DNA of 59,625 bases, the filler included. It is 4 parts of 4 records of this genome, joined end to end, with 100 filler letters (N's around TTAATTAATTAA, not from the genome) between each part and the next. Parts side by side here need not be neighbours in the genome. Positions count along the whole stretch, not along the records: positions 28,600 to 45,727 come from SRR31147125_15066; positions 45,828 to 59,625 come from SRR31147125_15079; 2 more parts are not named here. One strand, written 5' to 3'. Positions 44,144 through 54,652 of the stretch are shown piece after piece. Below the pieces are notes generated by a model. It saw only the letters and a program-made list of their open reading frames with translations, ran no database searches and was not told where the DNA came from. The position numbers and the translations under genes are program-made. How positions within the stretch are numbered: position 1 is the first letter of the stretch; each line of letters begins with the position of its first letter.

Positions 44144-44171
44144 TGAATATTTATTCATACATAATTATTCA
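44144..44171. promoter_or_regulatory. Candidate SorC-family operator (tandem palindromes)
   Basis: TGAATA-TT-TATTCA directly followed by TACATA-AT-TATTCA, about 80 bp upstream of the G1PDH start. Confidence 0.5.
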
Positions 44172-44400
44172 CCTTTTTAAAAATGCACTTTTTTTATAAC
44201 AAAGTCAATAAAAATATAAAAAAATTAAAAAAGGATTTATTTGATGATTTACGTACGCAATTTTATTTCATATCGCACTTTTGCTTTTTTCCATTTTTGC
44301 CTGGTGGTATGCATTTACTGAATAAATCCCGCCTCTGAATGTGTTAACAACACTGATGTGTTTTTAAATAAAAATCAAAATGTAAAGGGGAGGATAATGC

Positions 44401-45722
44401 ATGGCTGACAAGCTGTATGGAACAAATCTACCATCATCTGATATCATGCTCCAGGCATTTTATTGGGATGCTATGTGGAAGAATGAACCCGGGAGATGGT
44501 ATAAATTTCTCGAGTCCAAAGTTGAGGAGATAAAAAAAGCCAAAATAGGGTTGATCTGGATGCCACCGCCCAGCAAATCCCGGATATCTACCTTTGTCGG
44601 TTATACTCCAATGGATTATTATGACCTGGGAGAATATAAGCAGTGGGTACAAGACTGGGATAGCGATTTATCCACATACACCTGGTCACAACATCAGAGT
44701 GAATCAACGCTTTATGGCAAAAAGCAGGAACTGTTAAAATTGTTAAAAAAATTAAAGGCAAACGGTATCAGGCCTGTTGCTGATATTGTTATAAATCATA
44801 GGGCCGGACAGCAACATAATGAACAGGGAGAACGGATCCGTTGGAAAGGAGAGGATCACCAGATAACGAGCAAGAAAATGGCATGGGGTTATGAGACAAA
44901 CGATCCTGTAGAAATCACAAGAGGAACCGGTGGAGGCCATGTGCAGGATGATGGAGGAAGTGATTTTGGCGGCAACCTGGCTCATTCCTATCTTAAGGTG
45001 AGGGAAGAAATTAAAGAGTGGATGACCTGGCTCAAAAACGATATCGGTTTTGAAGGGTGGCGATATGACTATGTCAAGGGATATGCGCCACGACACCTGG
45101 GAGAGTATAATTACAGTACCAATCCGTATATCTCAATTGGAGAGTATTGGGGATCTGCTCAATCTATCTATAACTGGATCGATGGCACGGATCTGTTTGA
45201 TGTCAATAAAAAGTCAATGGCTTTTGATTTTCCCTTGCAACAGCATCTGAAGGACATATTCTGGGAGGTAAGCCATTTCAGCAACTGGCGGCCTGGAAAA
45301 ACAGTTTTATTTCCATTATGGGAGGGTGGCCGGCCAAAGCTGTCACTTTTCTGGATAATCACGACACTATCAGAAAGCCTTTCAGCGATTTTCCGGCAGA
45401 TAATAAGCGCTTGGTACAGGGATATGCCTTTCTGTTGACGCATCCGGGACTACCATGTATTTTCTGGAATCACTTGTTTAAACGGGATAACAGCTATGCG
45501 TATGACAAGATCATTGCTTTGTGTCAATTTAGAGTCATTAATCATATAACCAACCAATCATATGTGGATATCCTGGTAGCTGAACCGGATTGTTATACCG
45601 CCCGAATTAACGACAATATCATTATCAAAATTGGTGATTCTTTCTGGAGCCCGTATGGAATACCCGGATTTTGGGATCTCAAGCAATCCGGACATGGCTG
45701 GGCAGTGTGGAAGAGACAGTAG
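44401..45722 (+). CDS. Alpha-amylase, GH13 (plant-like architecture), split by frameshift near 45263
   Basis: MLQAFYW, IWMPPPS, VADIVINHR, GWRYDYVKGY, IGEYW, AVTFLDNHDT, QGYAFLLTHPGLPCIF, C-terminal IIIKIG...AVWK. Confidence 0.88.
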
Positions 45723-45727
45723 GCAGT

Positions 45728-45827
45728 NNNNNNNNNNNNNNNNNNNNNNNNNNNNNNNNNNNNNNNNNNNNTTAATTAATTAANNNNNNNNNNNNNNNNN
45801 NNNNNNNNNNNNNNNNNNNNNNNNNNN
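45728..45827. other. Assembly gap / artificial contig linker
   Basis: N run containing TTAATTAATTAA. Confidence 0.98.
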
Positions 45828-46018
45828 TTCTATTTGCTTATCAATATGATATACGTTTTTAATATTTTTTGTTAGCTTTAAAAAGTAATTCTGTCTCAAC
45901 CTCATCTGCCTTTTTCTCAATCATATCAAAAACAATACCTCCAGGCAAAATCATAAAAATGTTGCGAGTTTGATACATTTCAAAACATGTGAAATTACGT
46001 CTTTTTATGCTGTTTTTC

Positions 46019-46040
46019 AGATGTAGAGCCGAAACTGCTC
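46019..46040 (+). repeat. 22-bp direct repeat, copy 1
   Basis: AGATGTAGAGCCGAAACTGCTC, identical to 56504-56525. Confidence 0.9.
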
Positions 46041-46480
46041 TTATTTATTACTATCTAAGGTTGGTTATGGTACGAAGATTTTATTGATTCAAATCTAAAA
46101 CAACTTTATATTAACTCTTAAGCAAATTGAGACATTAGGTTATTTAAAAATTGCACTTCATAATGGACAAATTAAATATTTTTGACCTGCCCTTAATGAT
46201 TTGTCCTTAATCCTGATATGTGTTTCATATATTCACCATGAATCGTTTGTTAGTTTAATATGCCTTCTAACGTGTAAAAGGATTAGTTCTTTTTTCAAAA
46301 CCAAAACCACTACAATAAAAATTATTTGATTGTATATTAATGCCTTTATGCTTGTTTTTTCCATGGTAAAAAGAAAGTTGGTAATGTAAACTTTGCATAG
46401 GAGATAAGTGGTAATATGATTCATATTTCAGCCGACTGGGGTAGTCAGAAAGATACACTTATAATCAAAAAAATGTGGAG

Positions 46481-46762
46481 GGATATAATGTAGTCCATCT
46501 GTAGCAAAAATCAGCAGGAATGTCTCATGATACATATCTAGAAAAATACCAAGATAAATTTGCAATCATGGGCGGTCTTTGTGTTCAAGGCGCGATTGGA
46601 TTTGGCGATTATGATAAAGTTGAACGAGAAATTAGACGTATGTTTAATATGCTTAAAGGAAAGCGATGGGTTTTTTGTACACCCTACTTTATTCAATCCC
46701 ATTGTAGTTTAGAGGAATTAATATTTGCATATGACCTTGCGGTTAAACTAGCAAGAGCATAA
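46481..46762 (+). pseudogene. C-terminal remnant of a URO-D/methyltransferase family gene
   Basis: GYNVVHL*QKSAGMS...IMGGLCVQ...WVFCTPYFIQ; in-frame TAG at 46502-46504 and no N-terminal portion. Confidence 0.65.
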
Positions 46763-46782
46763 AGTGATAAATGGAGGAAAAA

Positions 46783-49422
46783 ATGTTTTTAATAAAAAAA
46801 ATACAACTTAACCATCAAACGCAACAAGTTGGAGTAAGCGAGTGGCCAAAAATATCATGGGAACTTTTGAGTGATAAAAAAGATGTTGTTCAAACACGAT
46901 ATCAGATTCAAATATCTGATAAGTCTAATTTTGAAAGCACACTATACGATAGTTTGTTTATCCAGTCAAATAAATCTATCAATGTAAAACTGCTGGATAT
47001 CTCATGTGAAGATTTCACTAAATACTTTATTAGAGTTAGGGCTGAAAATAACTATGAAGAGATTACAGATTGGGCTACTAAAGACTTTGTAATGGGATAT
47101 GCCAGCTCGAATTGTAATTCCTCAATGATAACGATTGAGGATGAAGTAAAACTAGAAGAAAATGAAGCATTCTATTTAAGAAAGCAATTTGAGTTAGAAA
47201 AGCATGTGGAAGAAATCTATTGCGCAGCAACTGCGTTTGGACTTTACAATCTGTATTTTAATGGTAAAAAAGCAAGTGATTATCTTATGACGCCTGGTTG
47301 GACATCTTTTAAAAATAATTTAATGTATCAAGTTTATGATATTAAGAATTTTGTTACAGAAGGAACTAATACCTTAGGAGCAATAATTGGAGCTGGTTGG
47401 TATAAAGGGACATTTGGCTTTAATCGTGTAAGAGATTTTTATGGAGACAAAACAGGTTTTTTATGCGAGATACATATAAAATATTCTGATGGAAGAAGAC
47501 AAGTGCTTGGAACTGATAGTACTTGGAAAGGTCATATAGCACCTATACAGTTTTCTCATATTTATGATGGTGAGATTTATGATACTCGAAAAGAAGTTCC
47601 AAGATGGAATGAAAACGAAGGAGATGAAACGGATTGGGTATCTTGTTCAGTTATTGATTTTGACAAAAAAATCTTAAGAGCTCAGATTTGTGAACCAGTT
47701 AAAGTGATCGATGAATTTGCTCCAAAGAAGGTGTTTAAAACACCAAAGGATGAAACCATTATCGACTTTGGACAAAACATGTCAGGGACTATTAAGATAT
47801 CTGCTGAGGGGAAAAAAGGAGATAATATTGAACTTATCTGCTTTGAAGTATTAGATAAAGATGGTAACGTTTATCTTGATAATTTAAGGAGTGCAAAGCA
47901 GACGATAAGATATACTTTTGGAGACAGCAGTGAAATCGAGTATGTTCCTTCGTTTACTTTTCAGGGATTCAGGTATGCATACATTAAGCAATTTCCTTCT
48001 AATCCGAAACCAGACAACTTTGTTGGTATGGCGATTAGTTCAGGCATGGAGCAAACTGGATATTTTGAATCATCAAATGAAGATGTTAATCAGTTAATGC
48101 ATAATATTTTATGGGGACTAAATAGCAATTTTGTTGATATTCCTACAGACTGCCCTCAGCGAGACGAAAGATTAGGTTGGACGGGTGATGCTCAGATTTT
48201 TGCACGAACAGCATGTTTTTTGAAAAATTGCTACGGCTTTTACAGCAAGTATCTTGTTGATTTAGCTTTTGACCAAACGGAAAATGGCGGAGTGCCACAT
48301 GTGGTTCCAGATATATTGACAGGACACTGCGATGATGATGTTTTTATGTCACAAGGTACACATTCAGCTACTGGATGGGCAGATGCAGCAGTTATTATAC
48401 CTTGGACGCTTTATCAAGTTTATGCAGACAAGGAAATTCTCTATCAGCAATACGAGAGTATGAAAAGTTGGATCGATTTTATGATTAATCATTCAAAAGA
48501 CTTTGTGTGGGAGTTTCAACTACAATTTGGTGATTGGGTAGCCTTGGATGCCGAGGAAGGCAGTTATTTTGGTGCGACACCAAATGAAATGATGTGTGCT
48601 GCATACGCTGCATATTCGACCGGCTTATTTATTAATACTTTAAAAATTTTAAATAGAAACGAAGAAGCTGAATATTATCAACAGTATCTTGATGGCGTGG
48701 TGAATCAATATAGAAAAACATATTTTGATAAGGATGGACATATGACAGTCCAAACCCAAACTGCACATATCGTCTCACTTTATTTTGGATTAGTTGAAGA
48801 AAATCATAAACAAGTAGTTACTGATGGCTTGATTAAACTTCTTAAAAAAGAGGATGGGCATTTGGTTACAGGATTCCTCGGAACCCCTTATTTTTGCACA
48901 GTATTAACGCAAAATGGCAAAATAAAAGAAGCTTATGATTTGTTTTTAAGAGATGATTTCCCATCATGGTTATATCAAGTAAAGATGGGTGCTACAACTG
49001 TGTGGGAACATTGGGATGGTATAAAACCAGACGGCAGTATGTGGAGTGCTGATATGAACTCATTTAATCATTATGCTTATGGTGCTATTGGTGAATGGAT
49101 TCAACGCAGTATGATTGGGATAGAAATTGATGCAAGCAAACCGGGATATGAGCATTTTTATATCAGTCCTGTTATTGATGATAGGTTTACATTTGTTAAA
49201 GGAAAACTGATAACCCAATTTGGTGCGGTTGAAAGTATTTGGGAGTATAAAGACGGAATTTGCAATTTAAAGATTCAAGTGCCTGTTAATACTAAATGTA
49301 CGGTAATATTGACACAAGCGAAAGATATTCTGTCATCTGATGTTGGAACATTTAAGCATTCGAATAAAGGACTTATGAGCAATGTTGGTTCAGGCGATTA
49401 CTCAATTACTTTTTCATTATAA
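46783..49422 (+). CDS. Alpha-L-rhamnosidase (GH78)
   Basis: DFGQN, FTFQGFRY, PTDCPQRDERLGWTGD, FGDW, TGFLGT, GATTVWEHWD, MNSFNHYAYG; GGAGG RBS before ATG 46783; no signal peptide. Confidence 0.95.
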   Translation: MFLIKKIQLNHQTQQVGVSEWPKISWELLSDKKDVVQTRYQIQISDKSNFESTLYDSLFIQSNKSINVKLLDISCEDFTKYFIRVRAENNYEEITDWATKDFVMGYASSNCNSSMITIEDEVKLEENEAFYLRKQFELEKHVEEIYCAATAFGLYNLYFNGKKASDYLMTPGWTSFKNNLMYQVYDIKNFVTEGTNTLGAIIGAGWYKGTFGFNRVRDFYGDKTGFLCEIHIKYSDGRRQVLGTDSTWKGHIAPIQFSHIYDGEIYDTRKEVPRWNENEGDETDWVSCSVIDFDKKILRAQICEPVKVIDEFAPKKVFKTPKDETIIDFGQNMSGTIKISAEGKKGDNIELICFEVLDKDGNVYLDNLRSAKQTIRYTFGDSSEIEYVPSFTFQGFRYAYIKQFPSNPKPDNFVGMAISSGMEQTGYFESSNEDVNQLMHNILWGLNSNFVDIPTDCPQRDERLGWTGDAQIFARTACFLKNCYGFYSKYLVDLAFDQTENGGVPHVVPDILTGHCDDDVFMSQGTHSATGWADAAVIIPWTLYQVYADKEILYQQYESMKSWIDFMINHSKDFVWEFQLQFGDWVALDAEEGSYFGATPNEMMCAAYAAYSTGLFINTLKILNRNEEAEYYQQYLDGVVNQYRKTYFDKDGHMTVQTQTAHIVSLYFGLVEENHKQVVTDGLIKLLKKEDGHLVTGFLGTPYFCTVLTQNGKIKEAYDLFLRDDFPSWLYQVKMGATTVWEHWDGIKPDGSMWSADMNSFNHYAYGAIGEWIQRSMIGIEIDASKPGYEHFYISPVIDDRFTFVKGKLITQFGAVESIWEYKDGICNLKIQVPVNTKCTVILTQAKDILSSDVGTFKHSNKGLMSNVGSGDYSITFSL

Positions 49423-49522
49423 AAAACAAGCTTAGATTTTACATGGATAATACGTGCATTCTCCATGTGAACTTTAAAAAGAAGGTGGTAGAATTGCATC
49501 ATAAAATAAATGGAGGTAAAAA

Positions 49523-50872
49523 ATGAAAAAACTTATTGTATTAGTATTCATGATTGCTATGATGCTTAGCATGGTAATCGGATGTAGTCCAGCTGATGAG
49601 CCGAAAGAGGCGAAAGCACCAAAAGAAGAGAAATCTTCTGATGCTAAAGACGAGGTTAGTGAAGCTGGTTTACCTTATGAAGGTGTAACGATTACGCTTA
49701 TGACAGACAATAACAATAGTACCGAAGGTGTTGAAGCTGTTGCTGCATTGGCGAAAGAAAAGCTTGGTATTGAAGTTGATATTGAAGTATATGTTGGCGG
49801 TGCAGAAGGTGACAACATAGTGAAAACTAGACTTGCTTCTGGCGAAATGTCTGATATATTGCAGTATAATTCAGGCTCTTTGCTTAGTGCTTTGAATCCT
49901 TCAGATTACTTCCTGGATATCACAGATCAACCATTTATGGATAGATTGGTTGAAAGTTTTATAAGTACTGTTTCCGTTGATGATGTTGCTTATGGTATTC
50001 CATACACAACAATCATGAGTGGTGGATTTATTTATAACAAGGCTATTTACAGTGAGCTTGGTTTGGAAGTTCCAAATACTTGGGATGAATTCTTGAAAAA
50101 CTGTGATGTAATTAAGGATGCTGGAAAAACAGCGGTTATTGGTACATATGGAGATTCATGGACTTCTCAAGTTATCTTCTTGGGAGACAACTATAATGTT
50201 TTGGCTGAAACACCAGATTTTGCAACAAAATTTGAAGCAGGCGATATGAAATTTGCTACTAACGATGCTGGTGTAAAGAGCTTCCAAAAGTTGATCGATG
50301 TTGAACAATATCTAAACGAGGATTATTCAGTTGCTACTTTTGATAATGGTGTAGATATGTTGGCATCTGGCGAAGGTGCTCATTGGGCGATGCTTTCATT
50401 TGCTCTATCGAACGTGAATGAATTGTATCCAGAAGCAAATGAAGATATGGGTATATTTGGTATACCTGGCGACAGTGCTGATGATTTAGGTTTGACAATT
50501 TGGATGCCTAATGCATTATATATCAACAAAGATTCAGAAAGTGCAGATGCAGTTTTAGCATTCTTTGACTTATATCTATCCAATGAAGGACTTGACGCAT
50601 ATACAGAAGCAATTTCTCCAACTGGTGCATATGCTGTTAAAGGATATGAGCTTCCTGATAATACTATATCTGCAATAAAAGATGATATGCAATCTTATGT
50701 AAACAACGGAAAAACAGCACCTGCTTTAGAGTTTATGACAGCAGTAAAAGGACCAAACTGTCCTGCGATTTGTACAGAAGCGGGTTCTGCTCAAACTTCT
50801 GCGGTTGAGGCGGCTGATGCATATGATGCTGATTGTATGAAACAAGCAGTACAACTTGGTTTAAATTGGTAA
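49523..50872 (+). CDS. Carbohydrate ABC transporter substrate-binding lipoprotein (CUT1)
   Basis: Lipobox VIGC, acidic linker, YNKAIYSELGLEVPNTWDEF. Confidence 0.92.
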   Translation: MKKLIVLVFMIAMMLSMVIGCSPADEPKEAKAPKEEKSSDAKDEVSEAGLPYEGVTITLMTDNNNSTEGVEAVAALAKEKLGIEVDIEVYVGGAEGDNIVKTRLASGEMSDILQYNSGSLLSALNPSDYFLDITDQPFMDRLVESFISTVSVDDVAYGIPYTTIMSGGFIYNKAIYSELGLEVPNTWDEFLKNCDVIKDAGKTAVIGTYGDSWTSQVIFLGDNYNVLAETPDFATKFEAGDMKFATNDAGVKSFQKLIDVEQYLNEDYSVATFDNGVDMLASGEGAHWAMLSFALSNVNELYPEANEDMGIFGIPGDSADDLGLTIWMPNALYINKDSESADAVLAFFDLYLSNEGLDAYTEAISPTGAYAVKGYELPDNTISAIKDDMQSYVNNGKTAPALEFMTAVKGPNCPAICTEAGSAQTSAVEAADAYDADCMKQAVQLGLNW

Positions 50873-50894
50873 TCACTGATTTGTTCCCCCGTAT

Positions 50895-50932
50895 AAAATA
50901 GCTGTTTATATTAATAATCAGCTATTTTTTTT
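50895..50932 (+). terminator. Intra-operon hairpin after the binding-protein gene
   Basis: AAAATAGCTG / CAGCTATTTT plus T tract. Confidence 0.65.
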
Positions 50933-50951
50933 GAAAGGAGAAATATAAGAA

Positions 50952-51809
50952 ATGAAAGTTAATAGAACATATTCGATGTGGTTTGTAACCCCTGCTTTCA
51001 TAATATTTTGCATATTCTTTTTGCTACCATTGGTGATATCTTTTTTCTTTAGTTTGACTATTTGGGATTTTAAAAGTTTTAGATTTGTAGGCTTAGATAA
51101 TTTTAAACTGTTCTTTTCAGAAAGATTTCTGATGATTAGTATGAAAAATACGATTATTTATGCTTTTCTAACAAGTGGATTTAAAGTAATACTTTCATTC
51201 TTTATAGCTGTTTTTTTAACAAGTAATATTAGAACAAAGAATTTTATTAGGTCATTGGTGTTTTTCCCAAACTTAGTCAGCACAATCGCGATTGGTATGG
51301 TGTTTAAAGCTATGATGCACCCTACAAAGGGTTTGATTAATGTGGTTATTGGTCTTTTAGGAGCTGAAGGGATTAATTGGCTTGGTGATCCGAATTTAGC
51401 ATTATTTAGTATTGTAATAGCGGATGTATGGAAAGGTGTTAGTATTGCAACAGTCATATATATTGCAGGTATTGTTTCTATTGATAAAAACTATTATGAA
51501 GCAGCTGCAATTGATGGAGCAACTTCATTTATGCAATTGATGCATATTACTATGCCTTTAGTTAGACCAGCAATGAATACAGTTATTCTTTTGTCGCTGA
51601 TTGGCGGATTAAGAAGTTTTGATATGATTTGGGCTATGACAGGTGGTGGACCAGGATTTGCTTCTGATGTGCTGGCGTCCACAATCTATAAACAATATGC
51701 TGCTGGTTTTTACGGTTTATCTACAGCAGGTAATGTTATTATGCTTATTTTGATTGCAATTATTATATTTCCATTAAGGAAAATACTGCTTAAAAAGGAG
51801 ATGGACTAA
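50952..51809 (+). CDS. Carbohydrate ABC transporter permease
   Basis: FVGLDNF, EAA motif YYEAAAIDGA, MTGGGPG. Confidence 0.95.
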   Translation: MKVNRTYSMWFVTPAFIIFCIFFLLPLVISFFFSLTIWDFKSFRFVGLDNFKLFFSERFLMISMKNTIIYAFLTSGFKVILSFFIAVFLTSNIRTKNFIRSLVFFPNLVSTIAIGMVFKAMMHPTKGLINVVIGLLGAEGINWLGDPNLALFSIVIADVWKGVSIATVIYIAGIVSIDKNYYEAAAIDGATSFMQLMHITMPLVRPAMNTVILLSLIGGLRSFDMIWAMTGGGPGFASDVLASTIYKQYAAGFYGLSTAGNVIMLILIAIIIFPLRKILLKKEMD

Positions 51810-52633
51810 TGCATAAAAAGAATTCAATTATAAAAGATATTTTAGGCGTCCTTATCGCGATAGTTATCTTTGTCATTCCTTTTTATTTCATGTTTGTCAA
51901 TTCGATAAAGGAAAGGAAAGAAGCCAATTTACTGAATGTAGCTTTTCCTCAGCAGCCAGTTTGGAGCAACTATTTGGATATAATAAAAGAGAATGACTAT
52001 TTAATATTGACAGCTTTTAAGAACAGCTTATCAATTATGTTTCTATCTGTAATTACACTTATTATATGCGGCTCAATGGCTGGCTATGTTCTTCAAAGAA
52101 GGAAAGGAAAGCTTGAGAAAGGTGTCAGTGGTATTTTCTTGCTGGGGCTTATGCTTCCGCCTGCTATCTTACCAACCATATGGGTTTTGCAGACACTAAG
52201 CATCTTTAAAACATTATTCTCAGTTGTAATGATCGAGGTAGCACTGCAACTACCATTTACGATTATGCTTTATCGTAGTTATATGAGCACGATCCCAAGA
52301 GAGCTGGAAGAAGCTGGTTATATTGATGGGTGTACCAGTTGGAAGATGTTCAGAAGGATTATTTTCCCAATGTTAAGACCAGTAACAGCAACAATTATAA
52401 TTCTTAATGCTGTTACTATATTTAATGACTTTATGAATCCGCTATACTTCTTTCCAGGAAAAGAAAATGCAACCGTTCAGTTAACGCTTTATAATTATAT
52501 GGGTAGATTTTCAAGCTCTAACAACTTGCTCTTTGCAAATGCAATAGTAATTACAATACCTATGTTGATATTGTTTATCATATTTAATAAGCGTATTGTT
52601 GATGGTATGGCCGCTGGATCTGTAAAAGGTTAG
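51809..52633 (+). CDS. Carbohydrate ABC transporter permease
   Basis: IPRELEEAGYIDG, IIFPMLRP, GMAAGSVKG. Confidence 0.95.
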   Translation: MHKKNSIIKDILGVLIAIVIFVIPFYFMFVNSIKERKEANLLNVAFPQQPVWSNYLDIIKENDYLILTAFKNSLSIMFLSVITLIICGSMAGYVLQRRKGKLEKGVSGIFLLGLMLPPAILPTIWVLQTLSIFKTLFSVVMIEVALQLPFTIMLYRSYMSTIPRELEEAGYIDGCTSWKMFRRIIFPMLRPVTATIIILNAVTIFNDFMNPLYFFPGKENATVQLTLYNYMGRFSSSNNLLFANAIVITIPMLILFIIFNKRIVDGMAAGSVKG

Positions 52634-52883
52634 AAAAAAAGACAGGCAAGCATGACTGTGTAACAGATAGCAAAAATTGTTTGGAGTTGATAAACAAATG
52701 GATTTTGTATACAATAGTAGAAAAATATACTACTATTAAATAGCGTTGGAGATATAAAATTATATAATTGATGCAATGCATATATAAATCATGTGAATCT
52801 TCAATGATGATAGTAGTGTTTCAAATCAAATACCAAATCTGTAAAATTGTTTCTATATACGAACTTTCAGATGGAGGCACTAT

Positions 52884-54650
52884 ATGAGATTTCAATATAA
52901 ACTGTTTATTATTTATGCTATCTTCTTGCTTGTTGTTTCCATTGCTATTGGTATTGGAGCATATAGCTATAGTGTGCACCAAATTAATATAAGAGAACAA
53001 AGTAGACTCGATTCGATTTCTATACAGATCAATAATCGAATTTTAGAAGTCTTTGATCTTATGAAATACCGTACTGATACTTTGCTTGCTGAACCGAATA
53101 CACTTGAAAGTATGAAGATATTAAGCACACCTTATGAATATTCGGACGAGTATGTTCGAGAAGCAAGGAATGCTCTGCAAAAAAGCCTAATGACTGATTC
53201 TGTGATGTCGAAGTTTTACAGGGTAATTGTGTTTAATCAAAGTGGTCAAGTGATTACGACGAAACACTTTTATTTGCCAAGACTTAGAAGTGATATACCA
53301 TGGGATAACATGACATGGCTCGATAAAGTGGATGCTGAAAAAGGAACCCCAACGGCTATGATAGGACATGATGACGTTTGGGCAGAAGAGAATAGCGAAA
53401 CCATTTTTTCCCTTATCAGAGCCGTACAAGGTAATAATTTAGGATACATTGAAGTTCAGCAGAGTATGGAAGCTTTAGAAAAGCTTATTAAGTTACCGGA
53501 TAAACAATTGGAATTGGTTATCTTGATAAATGAAAATGAGTGCTTATATTCTAACGTAGAAAACTTTTCTATAAATGATTACAGGGAAATCATTGAAAAC
53601 GAATCTTTTAAAAACGAAGGAATTAATTCAGTTAGTAATGATACAAAACTAGTATCTAAGATGCGATCGGATTTGTATGATATCAGCGTTTTAGTTATGA
53701 AAGATAAGGCAGTTATTAAGAAAGAAAATCGATATTTATTTATCATGATTATATTGATTGATACAATATTTTATATCGTTACACTAGGTTTCATCATGCT
53801 GTTATCATATTTTATTTCAAAACCAATTCGTCAGCTTCGTAATATTATGGAGAGGACTGAATTGAGTAATATCAATGAAGATGTTGTTATCGGTGTGCCA
53901 AATGATGAGATTGAAGCTTTAAATATATCCTATCAAAATCTTTTAGAAAGATTTAAAAGGACAATTGAAGAAGAAAAACAAATAATCATGTTGCAAATGG
54001 AGACGCAATTTGATTTGTTGCAAGTACAAGTTAATCCTCATTTTCTTTTCAATGTTCTAAATGTGTTATCTAGCAAAGGGCTTGCTAATGATGATGAGAG
54101 TATTTGTGATATTTGTGGTAATTTAGCGGATATGTTGAGATATTCTACAAACACAAAAGAAAAACACTCTACAGTCGAAGAAGAAATCGAATATGTAAAG
54201 AAATATTTATATATATTAAGTTCAAGGTATGAACACAAGTTGAATTTTTCTGTTGAATATGATGATCTTGTAAAAAAACAAGTTTTACCAAAGATAACCA
54301 TACAACAGTTTGTTGAAAACAGTATTCGACATGCATTTAAGGATACAGCTGAGGTAATGGAAATTGAAGTTTCGGGAAGTGTTAAGGGAAACGGTTGGTC
54401 TATATCTATAAAAGATAATGGATGTGGTTTTTCGCAAGAAGCGCTTGATGAGTTTGAAAAAAGTATTGAAACCATAAAACACACTATATCTAATTCAAAT
54501 GGCAACATTGAATTGAATATTGGTGGAATGGGGCTTGCCAATACTTTTGCAAGACTTTACTTGCTGTATGGAGACTCGTTAAGCCTTTCAGTTAGTAATA
54601 CTTCACCTGGAACAAACGTAGAGATAAATGTAGAAAGCAAAGGGATATAA
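52884..54650 (+). CDS. YesM-like sensor histidine kinase
   Basis: Two TM helices, HAMP, QVNPHFLFNVL, VENSIRHA, DNGCG, GMGLAN. Confidence 0.93.
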   Translation: MRFQYKLFIIYAIFLLVVSIAIGIGAYSYSVHQINIREQSRLDSISIQINNRILEVFDLMKYRTDTLLAEPNTLESMKILSTPYEYSDEYVREARNALQKSLMTDSVMSKFYRVIVFNQSGQVITTKHFYLPRLRSDIPWDNMTWLDKVDAEKGTPTAMIGHDDVWAEENSETIFSLIRAVQGNNLGYIEVQQSMEALEKLIKLPDKQLELVILINENECLYSNVENFSINDYREIIENESFKNEGINSVSNDTKLVSKMRSDLYDISVLVMKDKAVIKKENRYLFIMIILIDTIFYIVTLGFIMLLSYFISKPIRQLRNIMERTELSNINEDVVIGVPNDEIEALNISYQNLLERFKRTIEEEKQIIMLQMETQFDLLQVQVNPHFLFNVLNVLSSKGLANDDESICDICGNLADMLRYSTNTKEKHSTVEEEIEYVKKYLYILSSRYEHKLNFSVEYDDLVKKQVLPKITIQQFVENSIRHAFKDTAEVMEIEVSGSVKGNGWSISIKDNGCGFSQEALDEFEKSIETIKHTISNSNGNIELNIGGMGLANTFARLYLLYGDSLSLSVSNTSPGTNVEINVESKGI

Positions 54651-54652
54651 GT

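Noticed and set aside
46019-46040. Hammerhead ribozyme suggested by CGAAAC in the direct repeat
   Set aside because: The required CTGANGA core and three-stem arrangement are absent at both copies.
46502-46504. In-frame TAG in a methyltransferase-family remnant as possible pyrrolysine codon
   Set aside because: The gene lacks its N-terminal majority, the site plausibly derives from TGG (Trp), and no pyl genes are in the window.
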